Source of the DNA: Candidatus Rifleibacteriota bacterium
Lineage (GTDB): Bacteria; Muiribacteriota; Ozemobacteria; Ozemobacterales; Ozemobacteraceae
Length of the DNA stretch: 16,411 nt
Reading direction: 5' to 3'
NCBI GenBank assembly: GCA_051747585.1
Contig: JBNJGH010000079.1
Coordinates: forward strand, 1-16,411
Numbering within the stretch: the first letter of the stretch is position 1; every line of letters starts with the position of its first letter. Below are positions 1-8,349 of the stretch, piece after piece. The notes beneath the pieces are model-generated. The model searched no databases, was not told the origin of the DNA, and worked only from the letters and a program-made list of their open reading frames with translations. The translations under genes were made by a program, and so were the position numbers.

Positions 1-11
1 GTTGATTTTTT

Positions 12-155
12 AATCTTTTTCAGCCAGGATTTGTCCTGTGGACAAATAGCCGGCGGTTTCACCGCCCGGCTTTTCCTTCTTCAGCAAGCCTTCAGAAAAG
101 CACTCGTGTTTTTCTGAAGGCTTGCTGAAGAAGGAAACAATGGCTGAAAAAGATT
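12..155. repeat. Nested palindromic element (MITE/REPIN-like): 15-bp outer inverted repeat enclosing three hairpins
   Basis: AATCTTTTTCAGCCA (12-26) is the exact reverse complement of TGGCTGAAAAAGATT (141-155). Inside: an 8-bp stem 29-36/40-47; a GC-rich stem 48-57/61-71 with one bulge; a 32-bp stem 72-103/106-137 with a single G-T pair. Confidence 0.85.
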
Positions 156-212
156 CTCTGTGTTCTCTGTGCGCTCTGTGGTTAGTTTTTTGTGGCTTTG
201 CGACTTGGTGTG
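156..212. repeat. Short-period tandem motifs: CTCTGTG x3 (9-nt period), then a degenerate 8-nt unit x3
   Basis: CTCTGTG at 156, 165 and 174; TTTGTGGC / TTTGCGAC / TTGGTGTG at 189, 197 and 205. Confidence 0.7.
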
Positions 213-279
213 AGGAATTTTCTTTTCTGAAACCAACTGATGTTCGCTGACCGAGAATTGCTATCAAGAATGAAGTAAC

Positions 280-308
280 TTGTTAAATGTTTCTTTTTAA
301 TTTAAAAT
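280..308 (+). promoter_or_regulatory. Putative sigma70-type promoter of the pilin-like operon
   Basis: TTGTTA (280-285), 17-nt spacer, TAAAAT (303-308), upstream of an AGGGGA RBS (329-334) and ATG 340. Confidence 0.55.
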
Positions 309-339
309 GGTATTAATAACAGAGAGTCAGGGGAAAATT

Positions 340-1107
340 ATGCTGGTCGCACGCAGGGGCGTTACACTTTTAGAAATCATTACAGCTCTTTTAATACTTG
401 CTTTTGCCTTTTTGCCGCTCATAGGAATTCTGGGAGATTCTTCGAGCAATTCAGATGTAGCAAATTCCGTTTCTTTTGCCCAAACAGCTGCAAGAAACAT
501 TCTTGATACCCTGCTTGATGAAGTACCCTTTTATGCGATTCGCAAGGCAGATGGCGCCGTAAGCGATCTTGACGGAGCAAATGCCGAAGAAAACGTCGGC
601 GAGGTTTTTACCCTGACTGACCCGGCTTTTGATAAAACGTCTTTTCTTGCCCAGCTCGGGAACACATCTGGAGCAGACGACTATGCCCGAGGCACTCTTA
701 CTGACGAAAGAAATCTGGATTACAAAACCAAGCTTTTTGTTTTTCCCATAACGGTTTCGAACCCGGTAGATTACGCCAACGAAATGGCCTTCAGCTGCCT
801 GCCCCGACCAATTTACGAGAATCAGGTGGATGGTTCGGGACAAAACAACTGGTACACATACGATTCGGCTTATATGAATCCGGACCCTTCAATTAGGTCA
901 CCCTATGAAGACGCTGACGGCTCAAAAGTTGTACAGCCACCAACCATCCTTGGCGGCGCTTACGAACTAGGAGCGGAACAAGGGGCAACAGGAGCCGGCA
1001 ACAATTATTGCGTAATGAAAAAAATCCTGTTAAAAATCACCTGGACTAACCGTGACGGACACGATCGCTCAATAGACCTTTTTACCATGAAAGCAAATCT
1101 TCAATGA
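340..1107 (+). CDS. Type IV pilin-like protein (minor pilin/pseudopilin, PilV/GspI-like), 255 aa
   Basis: Class III signal peptide MLVARRG|VTLLEIITALLILAFAFLPLIGIL with Glu at +5; C-terminal beta strands MKKILLKITW...RSIDLFTMK. Start moved from 307 to 340 because 340 has an RBS, gives a short basic prepilin leader, and 307 overlaps the -10 box. Confidence 0.85.
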   Translation: MLVARRGVTLLEIITALLILAFAFLPLIGILGDSSSNSDVANSVSFAQTAARNILDTLLDEVPFYAIRKADGAVSDLDGANAEENVGEVFTLTDPAFDKTSFLAQLGNTSGADDYARGTLTDERNLDYKTKLFVFPITVSNPVDYANEMAFSCLPRPIYENQVDGSGQNNWYTYDSAYMNPDPSIRSPYEDADGSKVVQPPTILGGAYELGAEQGATGAGNNYCVMKKILLKITWTNRDGHDRSIDLFTMKANLQ

Positions 1108-1835
1108 CAACAAACTTAATAAAAAATGCGAAAAAAGGAATGGCAATACCAATGGTACTTGTATTTGCCACAGCCCTTGGCATACTTGCCACCTACATTA
1201 TAAAAAATACCCAGCAGTATAACAGGTCTAACCAGACCAGCTTTGCTCAGCTTCAGGCACACTTCGTTGCCCGAGCCGGGGTGCAGCATGCCATGCTGAA
1301 AGTTAAATTTCTTCACCGCGAGCTCTATGATGCAATATGCCTTGCTCAGGGTCGCAACCCACTGTTTGACTTCACCCAGATCACAGATCTCGACTCACCT
1401 GAAGATGCCATAAAAAGTTATAATCCTGGACCAATTTTCCTTTTCACTTCGAGCGAGTTCACCCCAAACCGGCTCTATGTGCCCGGTTTCACCAAGAATG
1501 GTGGAGCCGAAACAAAATGGCTGGATGCATTCAAAGCAGATATAAAATCTGATCCGGTAACCGTAGATGGAACAGACATAAACTCTATTTTATCGCTAAA
1601 GCCATTGCCTGCTTCGATTTTCAGCAAAATGCGAGAGCCCTTTTCACAAGGGGAATACGGCATAAGAGAATTGAACATTGCTGCCCAGGAAATAGACGAA
1701 TCAACAATCAGCGGCGTTTCAAAGGTCAACAACACAGCTATCGTCGAGCTTGTAATCGGCAGCAGTGTAATTACTGCCAGAAATCAAAACTTTGACTGCG
1801 AAATAAGAAAAACAGTAAGGATCAATCGTGATTAA
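1104..1835 (+). CDS. Pilin-like protein lacking Glu5 (PilX/GspK-like), 243 aa
   Basis: KNAKKG|MAIPMVLVFATALGILATYII: basic leader, Gly-1, hydrophobic helix, no E5. Followed by QAHFVARAGVQHAM, resembling the PilX N-terminal pattern QAxxxAEAGxxxA. ATGA overlap with the upstream stop. Confidence 0.8.
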   Translation: MTTNLIKNAKKGMAIPMVLVFATALGILATYIIKNTQQYNRSNQTSFAQLQAHFVARAGVQHAMLKVKFLHRELYDAICLAQGRNPLFDFTQITDLDSPEDAIKSYNPGPIFLFTSSEFTPNRLYVPGFTKNGGAETKWLDAFKADIKSDPVTVDGTDINSILSLKPLPASIFSKMREPFSQGEYGIRELNIAAQEIDESTISGVSKVNNTAIVELVIGSSVITARNQNFDCEIRKTVRINRD

Positions 1836-2553
1836 TAAAGGCAAAAAGGGCTTCACCCTTATAGAAATAATTATAGCGGCCGGGGTCCTTGCTCTTTTTA
1901 TGACCGGCCTTTTCAGCCTTTATCGTGGTGGCAGCAAGCTCAGCAATGCTACAATCTGGGCTCAGAGAACCATAAACAAATTAAAACTTGCCTGCCGCCA
2001 GATAAATGACTCGATAAAAAAAAGCACTTATCCCACCGCCCTAACTTTTCCGGGGCAAATAATCGAAAATGACAGCGACGAATTCGGCCTGCATTATTAC
2101 GAAGGAACAATGTGCGCAACCGAAACCGCGGGAATAACCGGAACCGATATACTGGGCGCAAAATTTCTCGCTCTGACGGAATCCACTCCGGCCAAGACCG
2201 GTTACAGCACAAGCGAGAACAAAGAAGCAAACATAATTTATCATATTTTTTCCCTGAACGACGCAGGAATACTTCATTACACCAGATGGGAAGAATCGGT
2301 ACCCGGGGATCAGATAGCAACGCTCAATCGGGCTGCCATTCCGCCCGGAAGCGCTAATCGCATATTTTCAGCCAAACTGGCCAGAGATGTTGAACTAATA
2401 ACGGTTCAGCCCAATGACGCAACCGACCCTCGAAGTTCTATTTCAATTTTAGTCAGATGTAAAATTCCTAACGGAAATACTACAAGATCAGAAAAGGCGG
2501 TAGGTACACCAAATGTTGACCTTGTCGCCCATAATTCAGTCGGAGGATGGTAA
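1828..2553 (+). CDS. Prepilin-type N-terminal cleavage/methylation protein (PilW/GspJ-like), 241 aa
   Basis: GTG start after AAGGA; KGKKG|FTLIEIIIAAGVLALFMTGLFSLY is a canonical N-methylation motif. The following helix ends INDSIKKS, like the IxxDIRxA motif of PilW/GspJ. Overlaps the upstream gene by 8 nt. Confidence 0.88.
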   Translation: MINKGKKGFTLIEIIIAAGVLALFMTGLFSLYRGGSKLSNATIWAQRTINKLKLACRQINDSIKKSTYPTALTFPGQIIENDSDEFGLHYYEGTMCATETAGITGTDILGAKFLALTESTPAKTGYSTSENKEANIIYHIFSLNDAGILHYTRWEESVPGDQIATLNRAAIPPGSANRIFSAKLARDVELITVQPNDATDPRSSISILVRCKIPNGNTTRSEKAVGTPNVDLVAHNSVGGW

Positions 2554-2555
2554 GA

Positions 2556-3482
2556 ATGTCTTTAAAAAAACTCTTTGCTTTGCCTTGCCTTTTTATCGTT
2601 GTTTTTGCTGCTTTGTCAACAGCAGAGGAAGCCAAACCCCAGTTTGGTTATGTTGATGTTGCAGATGCGGTATTGCTTCACCCTTTCATGCAGCATTTCG
2701 ATTCTGATTCAAAAAGATTCAAACTATCAGCTTTAAAAAACAAAAAGATTAACGTAGACAAAAAAAAGTCAGACAACCTAGAAAAAGTAAAAAAAGAAAT
2801 TGAAGAAAAGCAAAAAATTCTCAAAAAATTGCAGGAACAGAGAGCTACAATTGAAAACACTTACACAAAGGAGCTTCAAAAGCTTAACAATAAAAAAAGC
2901 AACTCCTCACTGACTGGCGGTTTGTCTCTTAAAGAGTATAATGATAAGAGAGAGTCTATTAACATGGAATTTTCTAAAAAATTACGTAAGGTCAGAAAAG
3001 AGGTACAAAAAGTGCAGGCAGATATTGCCAAACTGAACAAAGACTCAAGATACTCATCCCACGCTTCCCACGAAGAAACACGGGAGGTTTTCGCTCTTAT
3101 TCTTGACGATGTTTACGAAGCGGTAGATGCTGTAGCCAAATTTTACAAAATTCCTTTTGTCTTTAACAGTTCTTTTGAATTTTCGCGCAGCACTAACAAT
3201 GTAAAAATTGCTAATCCTATGCCAGAGTTCTTTGATGACCTTGATTATCGGCTATCAGAAGACCCGGAAGGCAAGTTGACCGTTGGCGCTTCGCTTAAAA
3301 GCTGGCTGAATCTTAAAAATAACAACCTGGTTAATTGTACTGATCCCAGATTGATGAAATTTGTATTAAAAGGCGGGGTAAATATGACCCCTGCTGTTGT
3401 TGATTATATTTATCAAAAGCATAAAATCAGTAAAACTCATAGAGATTTTATGCAGGAGTTTTTTCAGAAAACTATTGAATAA
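2556..3482 (+). CDS. Exported Skp/OmpH-like coiled-coil protein, about 308 aa
   Basis: Signal peptide MSLKKLFALPCLFIVVFAALSTA; Skp-like N-terminal strand FGYVDVADAVLLHP; long Lys/Glu coiled coil; DVYEAVDAVAKFYKIPFVFN and GGVNMTPAVVDYI resemble Skp C-terminal motifs. GGAGG (2542-2546) favours ATG 2556 over 2547. Confidence 0.65.
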   Translation: MSLKKLFALPCLFIVVFAALSTAEEAKPQFGYVDVADAVLLHPFMQHFDSDSKRFKLSALKNKKINVDKKKSDNLEKVKKEIEEKQKILKKLQEQRATIENTYTKELQKLNNKKSNSSLTGGLSLKEYNDKRESINMEFSKKLRKVRKEVQKVQADIAKLNKDSRYSSHASHEETREVFALILDDVYEAVDAVAKFYKIPFVFNSSFEFSRSTNNVKIANPMPEFFDDLDYRLSEDPEGKLTVGASLKSWLNLKNNNLVNCTDPRLMKFVLKGGVNMTPAVVDYIYQKHKISKTHRDFMQEFFQKTIE

Positions 3483-3522
3483 AATGTAGGTAACGCTGTT
3501 TTTCTGCTTGGGGAGGCTTAAT

Positions 3523-6500
3523 ATGAAATTTAAAATGAATGCCTGGTTTGGCCTGGCACTAATCTTTATTATCGTCAGCTGTATCGGTATAAGTGCGCAA
3601 ACGATTGGAAGCAATGGCGTAGCTTATGTCTTGCTGTCAAAAGAATTTAACGAGCACGGTGTTTATCGCCTGAACGAATATGAAAATGCCGCCAATTGGT
3701 TAAACAATCCATTTAAACTGTTCAATCTCAACTCAATGAGCGGAAAAGTGAGCGGCCTGTCAGCCAACCAGTACAAAGAAATTTTTCTATTATCCTCTTC
3801 AGAGCCGGGCGACTGGGAGGACGCCGATGTGGGCTGGCTTCCTACCGGAATGAAATTTGATGATGATTCTGCTATTTATCTTAAAGTTATGCTTCCCGAT
3901 GATCCGGAAGGCGGAGTAACCGGATATATGAGATCCAGCACCCCTCACTGGAGCAGCGCATCATCTTCAGGCTCTTACTGGAAGATAAACTATGATATTG
4001 ATGGAGTTACTTATCCTTACGCAGTTAAATTTGGTGGTCCTACAGAAGTAAAATATTTAGACACAGTCAGCGGAACATTGGGAACCCCGATATGGCCGGG
4101 AACATTTAGTTCAACTACCGGAATCGCACACCCAACCGACAACCGCAAAGTAATTTTACCCTCTCATTATGCCGGTGTGGCTTATTATGCCTATGGGACA
4201 CAGGGGCACCCGGAATTCCCCGGGGAAGCCCTTGACGGAACAGTAGGACGAAACGAAAATATTAAGCCACTTAAATTATGGAGTGAGGGACAAGCCGGCC
4301 ATGAAAGTGAAGATTTTTTCTCCTGTATTGTTAAAAGAGTTTACGAACACAGGCAGAAAAGCCTCGATTTATATGCAGCCGAAGACCTGGCAGCGCCTCC
4401 TCCCTCTTTGAGTCTCAATCTGCAAAGCCCCGACATGCTTTCATCGATCGATGTAAGAGCAAAAGAATTTTATGGCAAATACTGCGGCGACAACTGCATT
4501 CCCGGCGGTTCCCTGGGATCTAGCACCATCGAAACGCAGCTTTCGACAGTAAAGGTCGTAACATCGACCAAAGGTGCCAGATATGGCTTTAATCCGCAGG
4601 GTATAAGAAAAAACTTTTCCGGCAATGAAATTAACGCCGCTCTCAGGGTTGTTAAACCTAACAGCAGCGTTACCGAACCTATTGCCATTTCGACTGATGA
4701 TGCAGGCACCAACTTTACTTCAGCAATTGTTAATGGCGACTACCTTGAAGACAATGGCATAACCCCCGCAAACCTTCGACGCATCGGCGTCTCATCAGAC
4801 TTTTCCAGTCCAAACGGACTTGACTATATCTATGGATCAGACGCAGACAAGTTTGTTGTCCAGGATTCATGGTGGGGCCGCGGCGGCATCGCCTATGAAT
4901 ACTTTGAAGACACCAAAACAGTGCGTAAGCTTGACTATATGTCCAATGTCGTTCCCGTAGCCCAGGAACTCGGGACTATTGACGGCGATATCGACGATAT
5001 CGGCGTAGATGGCGATGGCTATCTATATGTATTAAGAACAGAACTCAACCCATCAGACACTGAAATGGCAGCCCTGGATGTAAACATGCTCAACCCTGAA
5101 AGTTCATCATACTTCTTTGATGTTTCTGATACATGGCTCAGACCACCTGAAATTGAGGGTGACGATTCAGAGCCAACTGAAATTGCAGAGGGTGATCAGC
5201 AACCCGGCGATTACAAGGTTATTACACTTAAACAAACCGTTAAGAAAACAGTTAAACGCTACCCCCAGGGAACCGGTTCACTTGGTGCCGAGGAACCCCG
5301 TGGTGAAGTATTTGCCGGCTACGACTACTGGACCAGATCTTATGAAGTTAAAACCGACAACAGCATTGGCTGGCGCAACGCAACCTGGAGCCCCGAAGCA
5401 GATGCCGACAGAAACTCATATTATCCGGCAGAACTGGCAGTTGTCAACCTGGCCAAGGTTCCCGAAGCTTTACCGGGCACATCTGACTTGAATATTATAG
5501 TTATACCAGACCCCGAACCCGCTGATTCACAAGCACCGGACACTAACTTCTCCCCCGAAACGCCAGGGACTTCAGTTGCCGAGCATTCTACTCTCCATTT
5601 TAAGATAGAAGGTTATAAGCCTTATGTCCCAAATCTTAGTGAGTATCACGACCTGAAATCAATCGATGACATCGTTAATCCTGACACCGGGGTAAAAGTA
5701 CATGAAAATGTTATGCTGAATTCAATCCCGGGAGAAGATGGATCTTATGCCCATGATGAAAATGGAGACGGAAACTTCAGCGGCTTTCCATCAAGCATGT
5801 TTGAATCAAGCACCAAGAAAACAGAATTCAAATGGACAATAGATTGGGTTGAAAACAACGAAATTCCCGATAATCTTTCAGACCTTATAATTCTGGAAAA
5901 TATGAAAAGCAACGAATCAGGAAGTGGAGAATATGGAGCATTTTCTTACAAATTCCCTCATCCGGGAAACTATGTTGTAAGAGCTCAGGTTACTTTTAAC
6001 AAGTTTGATTTCAGCGGACTTGATGCCAGTGTTAGACCTCACGAATTAAATGATTCACAGGAAACAATCGACACCGCTCCTTTCCTGATAAAGGTTTATT
6101 CTGAGAACTTGAATGTTAATGACAGCCCAAGCTATATTACCAATATACAGATCAAACCAACCAGCAGAATCACCAATAACAGCGTTCCCGGTTCTGGAGT
6201 AAATGGAACGGGCCCTCTTCTTTCTAAACTTGACTTTAAAGAAGACAAAAAGCTCGATAATATAGAAATAAGCTTTGACGCACAGTTTGTTCGTGATGCC
6301 AATCGAGATTCTAATACCAGCTCCGCCCTCGCAACATACGACGGCATAGGCGTGTGGGATTACCTGTATTACGCAAGACTGTACAATGAAATAGGCAACT
6401 ACTTTCCTGCTTTGCCTTACACCCCCCCTTCTGCTTTTTCGACTAATCTTACCAACGAGTCGCCGTCAGCCCATGTTTACAATTATGAACCTTCAGGTGA

Positions 6501-8349
6501 CCATACAAATATAGCAGACAAAATCAAAACAAACGTATACAATCCCGGGCGACTTAAAGGCTCTCTTATGGAAGGCGACAACGGCACCAGAGTAGACCAG
6601 CCGCCAAGTCAAGATGACTGGGGCTTTATACAATGGGGGCTTTATCTCCAACCTACGGGCCCCTATGGCATCGCTGTTAGAACCCAGGATCTAAGTGCTG
6701 ACGACCGCCACACCAGAGGCATACTTCTTGCCAGAGGCTCATGTGCAGACTCAGGTGTAAGCAAAACTCACCTTGGCAATCGCCAGTATAGCGTTACTAT
6801 TCCGGTTAATGCCGATAAGTTTCTTGAGAAAATCCAAACCCCCAAAGATCCGGAAACTTTTAGTCTTCATCTTGAAATCATTTATCCAAGAGTTTCATGG
6901 CTGAGCAATGATCTGGGCGACACGACCACTACCGCTGAAAAACGTTTCAGCAGCATGGTGCCTCTATTTAACGATGAAGGTGATTTGCCACTACATGTTC
7001 TTGGCAGAATGCGCCTGGCAAATGGTACCAATACCGAACCCTCAACCAACTTTTTGATTAACCAGAGTTGGAAAGATGGCGATAGCGGCAATGAATTCTT
7101 CAATGGCGGCAAAGAAAATCTTGGGGTGCTGGCACGCGATTACACACTGCCTACGATGACCGAGTCTCCGGGCGACAACCCAACACCTGTTATACAAACC
7201 ACAGGCGATGATGTTGATGAGGTTCACATCACCTTTGCGGTTTACGATAACAATCCTCATGCAGAAATGGGAGAATTTCGCTCTGCTTACGAAGTTATAA
7301 GTTCAGACAGCACAGAAAAATTCAACTCGAGCTCTTCAAATCTAGAATTCAAAAAAGGTCCGGTAATCACAGATATCACTATAAATGACGGACCTGATAA
7401 CATTAATTTCTATGCTAACAATGACTGGAAAGCAGGAGCTTCTTTTACCACTGAATTAACAGAATATGGCCCAAACAAGGATTTTGATAAAGGTAAAGAC
7501 CTGCAAAACTGGATAGGTACTTTAAATTACACTGTTCTAGGCTCAATTAAAGACGGAATTGGCTCTTACAGTACGATCGTTGAGCATGAATTTTATCATG
7601 AAAAAGCATTCAGCGACCTTGGGTTAAGCATAAATGAGAATCAAAAAATCAATATCAGTGATTCACTTGTAAAAGCAGTAGAAAGAATTGACAATGACCC
7701 ACCAACCATAGAGGTAGAATTGATTTCACAGGTCGATAATCGACGCTGGGTAATTAAACTTGATGAGAATATAAATGATCAGGGTCCTGTTCCCGATGAA
7801 GAAACTGAGTTGGGTAAATGTGAGCTTTCTGCAGAATCTTACAACCTGCAAAGCAACACCGTAATTAACTCTTATTCTGTTAATACCATTCCTGGCTGCG
7901 CCGCTTATCCAGCTGCAATCGGAACGACTGAAGTCAAAGTGACAGATCATCTCTCCGATGCAGTGCCTCAGTTTAGAAGAGCAAGTCGTCTGATGGTAAA
8001 CGTTAGAATAACCGACAATACCGGCTTCAGATCTCTAGGAGCAGCTGAAATTCAAATATCCAACCTTGAAGGCGGCACAACAAATCTACTGCCTTCAAAT
8101 AGCCCGGCAATTCCAACCGCACCTTCTCTCGACATGAACGGTAACGAAATTCCGGCTTTCGCTGATAGGCCCAGAGCAAGCTATGCCATCGATATGCCAA
8201 TGAAGGCAGATCCTTCTATAAATCAGGTAGAAATTCAAGTTCGCGCCGCCGATCAAGACGGCAACGAAAGAACTCTGATCATACCTGTTAAAGTCGTAGA
8301 AAGCGGCTTCGATACCCGTGTACTTGAAATCAAAGAAAACCGCAATTAA
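3523..8349 (+). CDS. Giant exported, acidic, beta-rich protein (putative adhesin or pilus-tip protein), 1608 aa
   Basis: GGAGG (3512-3516) then ATG 3523 (preferred to TTG 3508). N-terminal signal peptide with possible lipobox IVSC or SPase I site ISA|Q. Propeller-blade-like DIDDIGVDGDGYLYVL, Dx[DN]xDG loop DENGDG, PKD-like YKFPHPGNYVVRAQV, Ig-like DNDPPTIEV and VRAADQDGN. The CDS is certain; the function is inferred. Confidence 0.8.
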   Translation: MKFKMNAWFGLALIFIIVSCIGISAQTIGSNGVAYVLLSKEFNEHGVYRLNEYENAANWLNNPFKLFNLNSMSGKVSGLSANQYKEIFLLSSSEPGDWEDADVGWLPTGMKFDDDSAIYLKVMLPDDPEGGVTGYMRSSTPHWSSASSSGSYWKINYDIDGVTYPYAVKFGGPTEVKYLDTVSGTLGTPIWPGTFSSTTGIAHPTDNRKVILPSHYAGVAYYAYGTQGHPEFPGEALDGTVGRNENIKPLKLWSEGQAGHESEDFFSCIVKRVYEHRQKSLDLYAAEDLAAPPPSLSLNLQSPDMLSSIDVRAKEFYGKYCGDNCIPGGSLGSSTIETQLSTVKVVTSTKGARYGFNPQGIRKNFSGNEINAALRVVKPNSSVTEPIAISTDDAGTNFTSAIVNGDYLEDNGITPANLRRIGVSSDFSSPNGLDYIYGSDADKFVVQDSWWGRGGIAYEYFEDTKTVRKLDYMSNVVPVAQELGTIDGDIDDIGVDGDGYLYVLRTELNPSDTEMAALDVNMLNPESSSYFFDVSDTWLRPPEIEGDDSEPTEIAEGDQQPGDYKVITLKQTVKKTVKRYPQGTGSLGAEEPRGEVFAGYDYWTRSYEVKTDNSIGWRNATWSPEADADRNSYYPAELAVVNLAKVPEALPGTSDLNIIVIPDPEPADSQAPDTNFSPETPGTSVAEHSTLHFKIEGYKPYVPNLSEYHDLKSIDDIVNPDTGVKVHENVMLNSIPGEDGSYAHDENGDGNFSGFPSSMFESSTKKTEFKWTIDWVENNEIPDNLSDLIILENMKSNESGSGEYGAFSYKFPHPGNYVVRAQVTFNKFDFSGLDASVRPHELNDSQETIDTAPFLIKVYSENLNVNDSPSYITNIQIKPTSRITNNSVPGSGVNGTGPLLSKLDFKEDKKLDNIEISFDAQFVRDANRDSNTSSALATYDGIGVWDYLYYARLYNEIGNYFPALPYTPPSAFSTNLTNESPSAHVYNYEPSGDHTNIADKIKTNVYNPGRLKGSLMEGDNGTRVDQPPSQDDWGFIQWGLYLQPTGPYGIAVRTQDLSADDRHTRGILLARGSCADSGVSKTHLGNRQYSVTIPVNADKFLEKIQTPKDPETFSLHLEIIYPRVSWLSNDLGDTTTTAEKRFSSMVPLFNDEGDLPLHVLGRMRLANGTNTEPSTNFLINQSWKDGDSGNEFFNGGKENLGVLARDYTLPTMTESPGDNPTPVIQTTGDDVDEVHITFAVYDNNPHAEMGEFRSAYEVISSDSTEKFNSSSSNLEFKKGPVITDITINDGPDNINFYANNDWKAGASFTTELTEYGPNKDFDKGKDLQNWIGTLNYTVLGSIKDGIGSYSTIVEHEFYHEKAFSDLGLSINENQKINISDSLVKAVERIDNDPPTIEVELISQVDNRRWVIKLDENINDQGPVPDEETELGKCELSAESYNLQSNTVINSYSVNTIPGCAAYPAAIGTTEVKVTDHLSDAVPQFRRASRLMVNVRITDNTGFRSLGAAEIQISNLEGGTTNLLPSNSPAIPTAPSLDMNGNEIPAFADRPRASYAIDMPMKADPSINQVEIQVRAADQDGNERTLIIPVKVVESGFDTRVLEIKENRN

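Noticed and set aside
37..45. TTGTCCACA on the minus strand, a one-mismatch DnaA box
   Set aside because: Single copy and part of a hairpin; no DnaA box cluster or dnaA context.
12..212. Possible CRISPR array or tRNA
   Set aside because: The repeats are inverted or short-period, with no repeat-spacer periodicity and no cas gene; stem lengths do not fit a tRNA and no T-loop consensus is evident.
10..267. 85-aa minus-strand ORF containing HRAHREHRE
   Set aside because: It reads through the palindromic and tandem repeats, has a non-ATG start with no clear RBS, and the peptide pattern is a by-product of the DNA repeats.
307..339. ORF-track start at 307 for the first pilin
   Set aside because: Overlaps the predicted -10 box and lacks an RBS; ATG 340 has an RBS and gives a typical short prepilin leader.
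2730..2900. Poly-A tracts (up to about 8 nt) in the Skp-like gene as phase-variation or frameshift sites
   Set aside because: Explained by Lys codons in a basic coiled coil; the frame is intact.
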